Source: Macrostomum hystrix (lineage: Eukaryota; Animalia; Platyhelminthes). Taken from it: 64,000 nucleotides of DNA. The notes under the pieces were generated by a model, which searched no databases, was not told the DNA's origin, and saw nothing but the letters and a program-made list of their open reading frames with translations. A program made the translations under genes and the position numbers. Location: the NCBI GenBank assembly GCA_950097015.1, contig CATNEN010000007.1, positions 5,518,001 to 5,582,000 on the forward strand, read 5' to 3'. Positions 1-12,310 of the stretch are shown here, in pieces. Each line of letters opens with the position of its first letter. Positions within the stretch are counted from its first letter, which is position 1.

Positions 1-1747
1 CGGAAAGGCGAAACTCAGGCAGCTGAGAGATCTGAGGTACAACGTATGAGCGTCCTTGAACCTTCCTACACACCACACACTTCGATAATTCGTGCTTGGT
101 TCGTTGACGTCCCTTCAGAATCCAATATTTTTCACGAACTTTACTAAGCGTTGAGGCAACTCCCCCGTGAGCAACGGACTGATGAGCTTGTCGAATAATG
201 AGCTGCTCCAAGTGACTGTGGCGAGGTACTAAGATAGGACTATTAACTTCGAAGGACAGTGCGGAAATACGACCTTGTGAACGCAAAAGTCCCTTATCAT
301 CTAATCACAGATTCAAGTTCCTGTTCAGATGTGTTGCAGCAGAGCTACGCCGAATGTGATCGATTTCCTTTGAAAACGATTCCCTTTGAATTGACCTTAC
401 CAATAGGACTTCTGCATCAGTCAACTCTTCGGCGGTCACCGTCCTTGATTTATTGACTAACGATTGAGCTCGAGCACTCCGTAGGTTGCGGACAAATCTT
501 TGTACCCATGCTAGGACGCGTAAAACTCTCGAATAGTTCGAAAACTTGCCTATGTCAATGATTAAAGAGATACGATCGACGTTCTTAGATTCCATGGGCT
601 GTTCAGCGACTGTTGATAGTGCTTCTGCAGAGTTATGATCTTCCGCGACTGTGCTCGAATGCTTATCTTCAGACGAAACTGGGTAGATGCCTGATCGAAG
701 AAATTCGGGACCACTAAACCACACCTTGTTTTTCTGTAGCTGCCCTGGAAGTAAGCCTCGAGATGGCAGGTCGGCGGGGTTCAGTTCCCCGGGAACATGT
801 CGCCACTCGGACGTTGACGTGAGAGTCCGGATCTCCTTAACGCGGTTTTGAACGAAAACTTGGCGAAGCTTGTCGGTGTTGGTGATCCACTGCAGAGTTG
901 TCTTGCTGTCTGTCCAGAGATAACGCGTCATGCTGGGAAATTGCAGACACCGTGCGTATTAGACGAGCTAAGATTAGGGCTCCCAGCAGTTCTAGTCTAG
1001 CGATGCTAAGATTTGATAGCGGTGCTACGCGCGTTTTGGCCTGAATTAAATGCGTTGAAACGTTGTTTGTTTCCGACCGGGCCTGAATGTAGACACAGGC
1101 AGCGTAAGCAGATTCGCTTGCATCACAGAATCCATGTAATTCCATTCGAACTGGCTCCGAATCGAGATCGGCGAAAAGGTAGCGAGGAACTTCGAAGCGT
1201 GAGCTCGACAACGACTGTAACCAACGGTTCCAACTCTCGGCGATATCTGGCGGAAGTTCGTCGTCCCAACCCGACTTGCGAACACACAGTTTCTGTAGCA
1301 TCACCTTGACAACAGTCAAAGAGGGTGACAAGATTCCTAACGGATCGTACACAGACGCAAGTACTCCTAGCATCGACCTCTTGGTTGAAGAGGATCCGTT
1401 GACGTGGGTAACTAGCTCAGAAAACTGCATGACGAATGTGTCCCTGACCGAGTCCCAGTGGAGTCCAAGCACTTTTTCTGTATGACCAACATCCTGATCG
1501 GGTAGCGAGCTGTTGAACGAATCTGAGTTGGATTTCCACTGTCGCATATTCATGCCAGCCAGGTTGAAGATATTTTTTGCATCTTTGTAGAGATTGAATG
1601 CGTCACTTAGAGATTTACAGCTTGTCACTAAATTGTCGACGTACAAGTCTTTGCGAATAATCTCAGCGGCGAGTGGAAAATTATTCTTCTGGCTATCAAT
1701 GTGTTGAAGGACCCTAGCTCTCAAGACACCAGGAGAGCACGTAAAAC
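1..1747 (-). pseudogene. Pao-type pol fragment (RT C-half, RNase H, integrase zinc finger)
   Basis: ORFs 837-1724 and 305-931 are joined by a frameshift near 930. An in-frame TGA at 305-307 is followed in the same frame by LDDKGLLRSQGR...AHQSVAHGGVASTLSKVREKYWI...KCVVCRK. Confidence 0.9.
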
Positions 1748-1900
1748 TGGCTCAAGACTGGCAGGCGTGAGCCAGTAGACGGGAGAGCGAGCGAGGCCGG
1801 CAGCAGACGAAGAGGCGAGCGAGACCGGCAGCATACAAAGAGGTGAGCGAGACCGCCAGCAACTTCGACCGAATCGATGAGAAGACGACTGACAGACGGC

Positions 1901-1912
1901 GTTCGGGCGCCA
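1901..1912 (-). promoter_or_regulatory. Primer-binding site TGGCGCCCGAAC (complementary to a tRNA 3' end, Lys-type)
   Basis: TGG-starting 12-mer directly abutting the LTR terminal CA. It matches the first 12 nt of the known tRNA-Lys PBS. Confidence 0.8.
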
Positions 1913-2159
1913 TGTCTTTACTTCAAGTGATTTACGAAGCGAAGCGAGTTGAAGTCATGAAATAAATTGAATCTTCGCAGTAAGAAACCGTCTTTACGGC
2001 CAAACCTCAAACGAGACAGAGAGCGCAATGGGGGTTTGGGGTACAATCGTGGAGAGTAGCAGGGGCAGGGGGAAGGAGGGGGGTGCAGCGATTTAGAAAA
2101 GAGAGACACAATCAGAGCAAGTACAAACAAGTCGCGTAACCAAAAGTCGCTACACCACA
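1913..2159 (-). repeat. 5' LTR (~247 bp, TGT...ACA)
   Basis: Minus strand begins TGTGGTGTAG and ends ...TAAAGACA, immediately followed by the PBS. The partner LTR is outside the window. Confidence 0.75.
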
Positions 2160-2353
2160 GTATTTAGTTTTCTTACATGACTACTTTTATTATAATGCAA
2201 AAGACATTTCTATCACTATAAAAACAAATACAGAAAAAATGCAAACCTAAATTTAGTTGAGTGTTCGAAAAGTGATTCATTAAAAAGCAAGGCTGAGCCG
2301 AACCTAACATTTGCACTTAACTGTAAGAATAAAACACTTCAAAATACGTCTTC

Positions 2354-3803
2354 TCAATCAAGGATCTGCTTCACCTTGCTCTTGAAGGCTTCGGTCAGCT
2401 CCTTTCCCATCAGTCGACGAAGTCTCGACCCGTCCTTCCTATCACCAACTAGCGTCATCTCCTTGCATGTCTTCTCGTCAAAGTGGCACTTCTTGTAGTG
2501 CTCGTTGACTCCGATTTCGATGGGCACTGGGAGGTGGCCACTTTGCGTGTTGGATTTTGGGACATCTTCCCAGCTGAAATGGTTGTGCAGGGCGACCACG
2601 CAGCAGCTCTTGTGGATGGACTTCACTGAGTAGCCCGGTGGGCTCTCCTGCTTCGTTCGGTACGGGTGTCGCAGCATGTACATCCTGGAGTCCACAGACG
2701 AGTCCTCTCCGAGCTCGCTGAAGTGGTACCAGTTCCTGAAGGCAAACGATCTGGTTTTGTCCTGCATCTCCAGAGCGCTCAGCATTGTCGGGTAGTCTGG
2801 GTGCTGTTGGGGCACAATGATCTCGTCAAGGTCAAACACAGCCGTGTAAGTGTAGCGGCCCAAGTTCTGGAAAATTTTCAACTTACGCTACTTCAACATC
2901 ACTGAAATATTTCAAAAAAGACTCGAACAAACGGAAACAGAGGCAGCTTACCTCGTAGAAACACTGGTTGATGGCCGGAGACATCAGCAGCAGACCCAGC
3001 CACTCTTCCTGACCAGCAACGCAAAACGGACACTTGATGTGCCTGACTTCGAGGAAGCCGTCGGCGCTGTATACTTGAGCGACCTTCTCGAAGTCTTTGT
3101 TCGTCAAGTGATGGAAGTGCAGCTGTACCTTGTCCATCTTAAGCAGCTTCTGGGCCTCGAGCCACTCAATCAGTCGAAGCTCACTCGGCTTTCCGAAGGT
3201 CACCGACACGCAGTTGATGATGCGATGAGGCTGTGGCGGACTCTCTCCTCGAGACAGCGGGTTGTGGATCACTCGCAACACCTGAGACCTCAAAAGTGCG
3301 TCATCAGTTTGGATGAACACGAATGTGGCCGTGCGCGGATCGTTCGAAATCGGGCACGAGAGCACAAACTCTTTGTAGTAATGATTTTTGTGACCCATCC
3401 CGGCACCGATCGCTGACTTCTTGGCTACAGTGCTGTACAAGAAGCGGCCGGACTCGTGAATGAACTGGCAGATCAGCTCCTTCTCGTAGGCCTTCGTGTC
3501 CAACACTGTGATCACCCGCACGTACTTGCGACCTCCCAGCGTCGGTCTGGTGTCGAAGTAGGCGCTGTAGACGTACTGGCCGATTGACGCCAGATCGCCT
3601 TGGTCTGTTCGCAACTGCTGATCGATGACCTCCCTTGCGGACTGCTTGTCTGGGAGAGTCCTGAGATTGATTAACTGTGGATATCTGAGAATTATGGTTA
3701 TCATCAACACAGCATTAGTGATCGTAAAGAATATAAAGCCATTTTGTCGATCGACTCTCAATGGACAGCGGCGCACTGCTTTAATTAAGCACTCTAATGC
3801 CAT
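2354..3803 (-). CDS. Glycosyltransferase family 92 (DUF23)-like type II membrane protein, copy A
   Basis: Exons 3803-2952 and 2866-2354 with a GT-AG phase-0 intron. N-terminus MALECLIKAVRR, hydrophobic GFIFFTITNAVLMITIIL, then YVYSAYFD, CVSVTFG, LIEWLE, NQCFYE|NLGRY and the DxD motif FDLDEIIVP. Confidence 0.8.
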
Positions 3804-4146
3804 TGAAATGTCGCTGATGACGGTATTGTTGATTTCGCTTTGATTGATGTCGTTATTATTAATTCTTAGGGACACTAACGTCTAGAGTTTTTTACCATTT
3901 TTTGTTAGCCGTTAAGTAAAAGTAAGCATACTTTATTGTTTTTTTATCACTTCTGTCACTTCTGTCACGCTATTCATGTAGATATGTAGCACTCAGTTGC
4001 GTTCCATTGCTTTATTGGCGACATTTTTGCCCTTTAGCCATAGACATAAGATATCGCTCGGATTGACAAAAATACTTGCATATTGATTTATTCCATTACC
4101 TACCTATTACCTACCTATTTATTAAAAATTTACCTACCTAATAACA

Positions 4147-4503
4147 GGAGGGTCGGTGGCAGAGCGATTATCGCGTTTGCCTCTCGCACCAAGGTCCCTA
4201 AGTTCGATTCCACGGCGAGGCCACATTTATTTGGGGCGCAGCCGCGGAGAGAAGGCTTGGAGTCTAGTCGTGCAATTTGCGCCCTTGTAGGCCAACCTCC
4301 AAGGCACAGTGAAGTGTACACTGCCTGATGATGAGAAAGTCAGGGCAGATGTACACACATGTGTGAGCGTGTGCCTGCGTACAGTATCTGTGTGCGTGTG
4401 TGCTCAGGAGTCAGCGAAATGGGCAGAATTGCCTCCTCGCTGGCTGCTGGTCTAGTGTCACCAAATTATGTGCCACTGCCCGCAGCCCTCCTCCAATTAT
4501 GAT
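4147..4503 (+). mobile_element. tRNA-derived SINE family A, full-length copy with target-site duplication
   Basis: A box (TGGCAGAGCG) and B box (GTTCGATTCC), short AAT-type tail, and flanking 12-bp direct repeat TACCTAATAACA (4135-4146, 4504-4515). Four other copies are in the window. Confidence 0.88.
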
Positions 4504-4982
4504 TACCTAATAACAATAAAAGTGGAACATAATTTACTGCGAGTAAAAGTTCTACAATGTTATTTTATTCTGTGAACTTCGCAACTCTTTTGTGCCACAT
4601 TTTAACGCCTGACAAGCCTTTTTAGCAGACAGCTCTCTAAAATGAGTCACTCGTTTTAGACACGCTGCTAGCAACTCGGTAGCCACTGGGTAGCATCTTA
4701 TCTTCTGTATCATTTGCTCTCATTTATGCAAGCTCAACTCACTGTGCTTGGGTCGCTGAGGGTCATTGGAGACAGCAGAAGCATCTCACAATTCACTATA
4801 GCTCTGGTTGTCACTCGAAAATGCTGCAACCTACCCCAAAGGACCTGAGATGCGTTCGCGTCATTTCGTAGAGCAGCCTGAATAGCCTGAGACAGCTCGG
4901 TGATATTTAAAGCCCAGTTCAGCATGTCCATTGTAACGCTTGTGCTAACTCTGGTTCTGTCCCACCTAGGGTCGGCTGCAAC

Positions 4983-6724
4983 ATGAAGGCTATGGGAAGA
5001 ATGGTAAGTACACATTATATTATTGCAGCAGAGATACAGAAAATAAGAAATATGTACGTGGGTATTTGCAATACACCTCTGGTCATTCAATTGTTAACTG
5101 CCTAGACTGATTCTATCAAGTTATGACAAAAAAACAAGTCATAGATGAGTTTCATAACAATTAAGGAGACAATACTGAGGAGTTGTAAAGTGTAACTGCA
5201 TCTTTCACAAATCCCACATAGCAAAAATCAAAGTTAAAAAATTCTACTAAAGAAGTCACAAATTTGCTTTGCAGATCCTGCGGCCAGAGGTCTTTGCAGC
5301 CGCTGCGATCGTTGCAGCTGTGCTAATGCTGATTCTGCTGGTCACAAACAGGCAGGGACTGCAGCACCGTGCCGACTCAATCGCGTCTAGCATCCTATCA
5401 GTAGCACAGGTAGGACAGGCCCCCGCAGACAAGCAGTCCGCAAGGGAGGTCATCGATCAGCAGTTGCGAACAGACCAAGGCGATCTGGCGTCAATCGGCC
5501 AGTACGTCTACAGCGCCTACTTCGACACCAGACCGACGCTGGGAGGTCGCAAGTACGTGCGGGTGATCACAGTGTTGGACACGAAGGCCTACGAGAAGGA
5601 GCTGATCTGCCAGTTCATTCACGAGTCCGGCCGCTTCTTGTACAGCACTGTAGCCAAGAAGTCAGCGATCGGTGCCGGGATGGGTCACAAAAATCATTAC
5701 TACAAAGAGTTTGTGCTCTCGTGCCCGATTTCGAACGATCCGCGCACGGCCACATTCGTGTTCATCCAAACTGATGACGCACTTTTGAGGTCTCAGGTGT
5801 TGCGAGTGATCCACAACCCGCTGTCTCGAGGAGAGAGTCCGCCACAGCCTCATCGCATCATCAACTGCGTGTCGGTGACCTTCGGAAAGCCGAGTGAGCT
5901 TCGACTGATTGAGTGGCTCGAGGCCCAGAAGCTGCTTAAGATGGACAAGGTACAGCTGCACTTCCATCACTTGACGAACAAAGACTTCGAGAAGGTCGCT
6001 CAAGTATACAGCGCCGACGGCTTCCTCGAAGTCAGGCACATCAAGTGTCCGTTTTGCGTTGCTGGTCAGGAAGAGTGGCTGGGTCTGCTGCTGATGTCTC
6101 CGGCCATCAACCAGTGTTTCTACGAGGTAAGCTGCCTCTGTTTCCGTTTGTTCGAGTCTTTTTTGAAATATTTCAGTGATGTTGAAGTAGCGTAAGTTGA
6201 AAATTTTCCAGAACTTGGGCCGCTACACTTACACGGCTGTGTTTGACCTTGACGAGATCATTGTGCCCCAACAGCACCCAGACTACCCGACAATGCTGAG
6301 CGCTCTGGAGATGCAGGACAAAACCAGATCGTTTGCCTTCAGGAACTGGTACCACTTCAGCGAGCTCGGAGAGGACTCGTCTGTGGACTCCAGGATGTAC
6401 ATGCTGCGACACCCGTACCGAACGAAGCAGGAGAGCCCACCGGGCTACTCAGTGAAGTCCATCCACAAGAGCTGCTGCGTGGTCGCCCTGCACAACCATT
6501 TCAGCTGGGAAGATGTCCCAAAATCCAACACGCAAAGTGGCCACCTCCCAGTGCCCATCGAAATCGGAGTCAACGAGCACTACAAGAAGTGCCACTTTGA
6601 CGAGAAGACATGCAAGGAGATGACGCTAGTTGGTGATAGGAAGGACGGGTCGAGACTTCGTCGACTGATGGGAAAGGAGCTGACCGAAGCCTTCAAGAGC
6701 AAGGTGAAGCAGATCCTTGATTGA
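4983..6724 (+). CDS. Glycosyltransferase family 92 (DUF23)-like type II membrane protein, copy B
   Basis: Predicted exons 4983-5003 (MKAMGRM|gtaagt), 5275-6126 (tttgcag|ATC, TM VFAAAAIVAAVLMLILLV) and 6212-6724. All junctions are phase 0. The catalytic region matches copy A. Confidence 0.82.
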
Positions 6725-7852
6725 GAAGACGTATTTTGAAGTGTTTTATTCTTACAGTTAAGTGCAAATGTTAGGTTCGGCTCAGCCTTGCTTTTTAATG
6801 AATCACTTTTCGAACACTCAACTACGAGTAAATTTAGGTTTGCATTTTGCTCTTTCTCATGGTAGGAAGTCGTGGGTCTATTGAAGAACAGAAGCAAACG
6901 CGTTGAGCAGATTGCAGGACTAGCGCAAACTCTAGCCGTGCACCTTAGATCCATATACATTGTGCCAGACCGGCATGATTCAGCAATCACTCGAGATTGC
7001 AATAGGGTGGAGGATGGGTGGTTGTGTACGACACATCGAGGTAATTAACAGCGGCGGGGGTGGCGCGCGCGCACTTAAATAGACTGCACTAACAATTGTC
7101 AACTGTCATAGCCCGACACTTAGTTTATTTTTCATTAATGTTATTTTGCCATTTTAGGAATTTTAGGAACATTTTTACTGACTTTTAGGAAATAAGTTTG
7201 AGAAAGTGAAATAAACGAATATCTGTTAAAGCATTTTTGACGGGACACTGCGACCCTTTTTGCTGCTAACTACTATTGCTAATTGATGGCAAAACACACA
7301 GTTAAGCTATTAAGCCTTGCTTTGGAATCGGTTCCGATGTTGCAAAATGGATTTTTTGTCTACGGACAGTGGCTATAGACTGTTTGAATTTGAATTTGAA
7401 TTTGAATTTTTATGACCTGAAAGTAGGAGTACCTTATCCCACTTTCGTCTATCATGCGAAATCATGCGAAACACTACGGACTGTAAGACCTAGAATTCCC
7501 TACGAATATGGGATCCGCACAACGTGCACTCAGGTGTAGATCATGAAGTCCTCTTTTATCTTTAAGTGTCGCTGGAGTTCATACAGTGCAATCAGGGATT
7601 GATTCTTACAAGAAATATCGGCCTACCAGTCTATCGGTCAACACTCAGATAATAAAGGGAATGCTTGGGTAACAGCGAACTGTATGGCTCCCCTATGGAA
7701 ATCATAATCCCTTCTGTTTGCTGCTTTCAAATTCAGGAATTATTCGTTCGGCTTTCAGCCAATAGAGAGGCGGAGCTGTATTCGGTCTATTCTGCAGTTT
7801 TCTAAGAAACTGCAGCGCTTGTCCGCCGGCGAGAGGCAACGACAGCGAAGCC

Positions 7853-10800
7853 ATGTCCAACCTGAAAGCCGCGGTGAGCGTGCTCAGGGACTATGGGCAC
7901 AGGTCCACCCTACACGGTCTGAGCCACATGTTTCAGAGCGGTGACCACTGGCGCAGGGCGTTCTGGTTTGTGCTCACATTCGCCGCCAGTGGCGCCTGCA
8001 TCTACCATATCTACGCTACGGTCAGCAACTATTTGGATTCCCCAATCACCAGCATTTACCGGGACGAAGGTCCTCAGGCCAAATTTCCCGGCGTGACAAT
8101 TTGCAACCTGAAACCTGTCTCAGAGGCTTTGCTTCACGCCGACGATGAGAAGGCCGCGTTGTTCCACCACCTGGACAATGATTGGGGTTTCTTTGACCGA
8201 TGGCTGCTCGGTCTGCGCCGGCGAAAGGCCAACGAGACGCGCGTTGAGTACAAGGAGAGGCAGAGGAGCCTCTTCAAAATCTACACAGACATTTTCTGGG
8301 TGTCAGATGACACCAGAGAGTTCGGCCTAAGCGACAAGCACATGCTGCTAATGTGCATCTACAAAAACAAACACTGCAATTCGTCCAACTTCAAGCTCGT
8401 GCAGCACCATCGGTACTGGAACTGCTACACGTTCCAGCCCTTGGACGGCGATCGGGCCATCGATAACAGCGACGAGGACAGCGGACTGCGGCTGATTCTC
8501 TTCACAGACGCCAACTTCGACCAGAACAACCTGCTCGACTCGGTTAATTATCTGCGCAGCATGACAGTGGAGGATGAGATGACCAGGCCCTACTCGCTGA
8601 GGACCTACCTGGGTCGGGGAAATCGCACATTTAATCAAGTTCTCACTGGCAACAAGTGGGAAGCCGAAGGACTAAGGATCTTCATTCACAATGAGAGCCA
8701 ATTTCCCACCACGTCGGACATTGCATTCGACGTTTCGAGTGGCGCCTCGACAACAATACAGGTCACAGCGACGCAAGTGAATACACTGAACCGACCACCG
8801 CTGCACGAGTGCCACGAAGACGACCCTGATACAATCGCCTACGTCAGGTACTTCGGCCAGAACACGATGGGGCTTAGAAATTATCGCTTGACACAGGCGG
8901 AGGCCGTGATGGAGGCGCGGCAGAAGATGGTGTTCGACAAGTGCGGCTGCTATTCTCACCTGCTGCCATTCCGGTACAACACCAGCCTACTCTGCCTGTA
9001 CGCTGATCCTCAGCACAGACTGTCTCCGTCCATGAAGTTTTTGCAGCGCTTGGCCTGCCACAACATGGAATTCCGAGTGGCAGAGCAGAAAACCTCCGAC
9101 CTGCTGCAGCAGACGGCCGCTTTTCAACCGTGCACCAGCTGGAAGCTGCAAGCCACTAAAGTGCAGATTCCCTGGCCCAGAAGTGATGAAATAATTGACT
9201 TTGTCAACTATATCCTCCTGCCCGCCTACACGTCTGACGAGCTGCAGAGCGACGACCGGGTCCTGCACATGCTGAAGTCCAGGAACAGCCGGTCAGAGGC
9301 CATCCTGAGGCACCTGTTCAACCCAGCGTGCCGGAAGAAGAACGACTCGCAGCTGATCGATTCATGGTGCATCTCGAAGCCCAAACTGATGGCCAACGTG
9401 GCTCGGATCTGGATTAAGCCGGCTTCGACCCGAGCCGGCGTGTACATGGAGGAGTACAGCTACGACTGGCCGGAGGCGCTCAGCGAGGTTGGGGGTATCT
9501 TCGGGCTCTGGATGGGTGAGCAGTCGTTGAGAGATTCATAAATTTTCGAGTTCCTTGAAGCGAGTTCCCTGAAGCGAGTTCCTTGAAGCGAGTTCCTTGA
9601 AGCGAGTTCCCTGAAGCGAGTTCCTTGAAGCGATTTCCTTGAAGCGAGTTCCCTGAAGCGAGTTCCTTGAAGCGAGTTCCTTGAAGCGAGTTCCCTGAAG
9701 CGAGTTCCTTGAAGCGAGTTCCCTGAAGCGAGCTCCCTGAAAATGAATTCCCTGAAATGAGTTCCCTGAAATGAGTTCCCTGAAGCGAGTTCCCTGTAGC
9801 GAGTTCCACATGCACGCATTACTAGCATCGTCATGGGACAATGTTCCTTGGACTTTATCTGCTTCAGTACGTGATGACGGAATCGAAGCACATAGATAGG
9901 AAAATTTTCCTGAACGAACCACCACCCAATGGAAACCAAAGGCAGCTTTTTGCTGCGGAGACGTGATGTCAGATCTTGTGCCTAAGTGGTGAGTCAAGAA
10001 AAGAACCAAGGGAACCCGAACGCTGCGTCCCTCTCGCGGCAAATCCCTTCATCCTCTTCCCCTTGCCTCCCCAGCCGTCACTCGTCTCCCCGTTAAAACA
10101 GCTTCGCCGACTTGAACGTTCAGGTAAAGGGCAAGCTTTAAGCCGGCGGGACTAGAAAAAGATCCGTCCCACCGAGGCATCCCCACCCCGCCGGCACTGG
10201 AAGACAAATCACCATTACCTACCGGCTGCATGCATGTGCGCCAGCGCCCCGGCTGCTGAACCAAAAATTGGCCCCAAAAAGAAAAAAAAGGTAAATAGAC
10301 AATGCCTGGTGTGGATATCGAAACACAAGAGCTCCGGGTGTATAGGAAACTAGTAATACTTGTTGCCTAGAGGGGCCTGCACTTCTGTAGCCTGATCGTA
10401 TTTTATTCTATTTAAGTTCAATATTCCCAGCCAACTATTTAACAATTCCTGCCGACATATTTCTGTACGTGCGTTCTCGTTGTCTCTGTGGCACCAAGAA
10501 TCTCTGGGACGGCACCCCACGCAGCTGTTCCCGGCATCCCAGCCTCTCTTGGTCCCAATGGCTGCTGTGTCAGTCCACTAGGTCCAATTTAACTGATGGG
10601 CTAGGCAGTGCTGCCAGCTGCCAACTGAGCTTACTGTCCATGTCAAAGTTTCTGGGGCGCACTTTCCTGCAGCTAAGAAATGTTTCCTTTGAAAAGCTAA
10701 GAAAATAAACAGATTAAGACTTGCTGCCTTTTATGCTAAGGTGGACTTCTCAGCTCAGCATACAGCTCACCGAATACCAGCACAATCACACACATACAGC

Positions 10801-11180
10801 TCACCTAATGCCGTCAAGTCTCATGAAGCCTTCCGTACCGAAATCCCGCAGGCATCTCGCTGCTTAGCGTGATGGAGTTCCTTGAGCTGCTGTTCATCCT
10901 GATTGGGGTGTGCACCAGCGGAGAAGGCGGACATAACCTCGGTGCGGCTGCGGGAGCAGCAAGCCGTGGCAGGTAAGGGTGGATGAATGAGTGGCGTTAG
11001 CGTCAAGCTCAGCGATCCGCTACTCGCTACTATGAGTAGGGAAGTTGAAAATTTCCACTTTCATTTCACAACCTTTTCATTTCCGGCTGCGTGTACGCTC
11101 AGGCTGCCCGCCGACTTCGACGCCATGCTGCGCTACCTCGCCAACCTAGAGGAAGAGGAGCTGCGTGGACCAGTGCTTTT

Positions 11181-11231
<51 letters not shown>

Positions 11232-11301
11232 CAACACAGCCAGAGCAGCCAGAGAGCCCTCAGGTCGACTGGGACTGGAGTTGCTGCATTATCGAAGCTG
11301 A
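7853..11301 (+). CDS. DEG/ENaC (amiloride-sensitive/ASIC-like) sodium channel subunit
   Basis: Exon 7853-9515 has STLHG, TM1, FPGVTICN, GLRIFIH, Cys-rich thumb and LSEVGGIFGLWM-G|gtgag. Exon from 10852 completes the GIS filter and TM2 (GISLLSVMEFLELLF). It either stops at TAA 10974-10976 or splices at 10972 to a phase-matched last exon 11103-11301 with poly-Q. Confidence 0.88.
9545..9806 (+). repeat. 14-bp-type intronic minisatellite (TGAAGCGAGTTCC[C/T])
   Basis: Direct tandem units in ENaC intron 1. A short array of the same motif occurs at ~41738-41832 in a kinase intron. Confidence 0.95.
11180..11231 (+). repeat. (CAG)n trinucleotide tract, probably coding poly-Q
   Basis: Pure CAG run, in frame with the putative last ENaC exon. 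Confidence 0.9.
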
Positions 11302-11544
11302 TCCTCACAAATCAACACATTTTCGGTGCATATGGAACAAACAGAATGCTAATAGGACCAGCGACCAAACCCTCAAGTAGATTTTCATTTTTACCTAAGT
11401 TGCCTTTGAAATGAATTCCGTGAACTGTTTTACTCTTTCAAGCAAGGTTGATCGCAAGCTGCTAACTATGTAGGGCTAATCTGCTCACCCAACTCAAACT
11501 GCAGGTTGATAGTTTGGACGGCTAGACTTAATCAGTAAGCTTGC

Positions 11545-12310
11545 CCTGCTGTTCAGTACACCTGCACTGTTCTCTAGTACACTGGCACTGTTCTCCAGTA
11601 CACTGGCACTGTTCTCTAGTACACTGGCACTGTTCTCTAGTACACTGGCACTGTTCTCTAGTACACTGGCACTGTTCTCTAGTACACCCGCACTGTTCTC
11701 TAGTACACTGGCACTATTCTTCAGTACACCCGCACTGTTCTCCAGTACACTGGCACGGTTCTTTAGTACACTGGCACTATTATTTAGTACACCCGCACTG
11801 TTCTTTAGTACACTGGCACTATTCTTCAGTACACCCGCACTGTTCTCCAGTACACCCGCACTGTTCTTTAGTACACTGGCACTGTTCTTTAGTACACTGG
11901 CACTATTCTTCAGTACACCCGCACTGTTCTCCAGTACACTGGCACGGTTCTTTAGTACACTGGCACTATTATTTAGTACACCCGCACTGTTCTTTAGTAC
12001 ACTGGCACTATTCTTCAGTACACCCGCACTGTTCTCTAGTACACTGGCACTGTTCTTTAGTACACTGGCACTGTTCTCTAGTACACCCGCACTGTTCTCT
12101 AGTACACTGGCACTGTTCTTTAGTACACTGGCACTGTTCTCTAGTACACTGGCACTGTTCTTTAGTACACTGGCACTGTTCTTTAGTACACTGGCACTGT
12201 TCTTTAGTACACTGGCACTGTTCTTGAGTACACTGGCACTGTTCTTTAGTACACCCGCACTGTTCTTTAGTACACTGGCACTGTTCTCTAGTACACTGGG
12301 ACTGTTCTTA
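11545..12310 (+). repeat. 21-bp minisatellite (CACTGTTCT[C/T]TAGTACAC[TG/CC]G)
   Basis: About 36 tandem units. A variant block recurs 189 bp (9 units) apart. Confidence 0.96.

Larger units (their letters stand above)
1..2159 (-). mobile_element. BEL/Pao LTR retrotransposon, internally deleted and degenerate; runs off the left edge of the window
   Basis: On the minus strand: LTR (2159-1913), PBS, ~150 bp leader, then pol starting mid-RT. Pao-type motifs: LYVDN (RT), ELHGFCDAS..AYAACVY and RLELLGAL (RNase H), WTDSKTTLQWI, WRHVPGELNPADLPSRG, and the integrase HHCC finger (H..VAHGG...CVVC). Confidence 0.93.
2236..6848. repeat. Large inverted repeat: arms ~2236-3652 and ~5426-6848, unique spacer ~1.77 kb
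   Basis: Arms are reverse complements (mirror coordinates sum to 9078 across the gene), with identical ORF translations and the same intron. A 6-bp indel lies near the outer end. Confidence 0.95.

Noticed and set aside
11541-12227. 228-aa His/Cys/Trp-rich ORF resembling a metal-binding repeat protein
   Set aside because: It is the translation of a 21-bp minisatellite with a TTG start and no unique flanking coding sequence.
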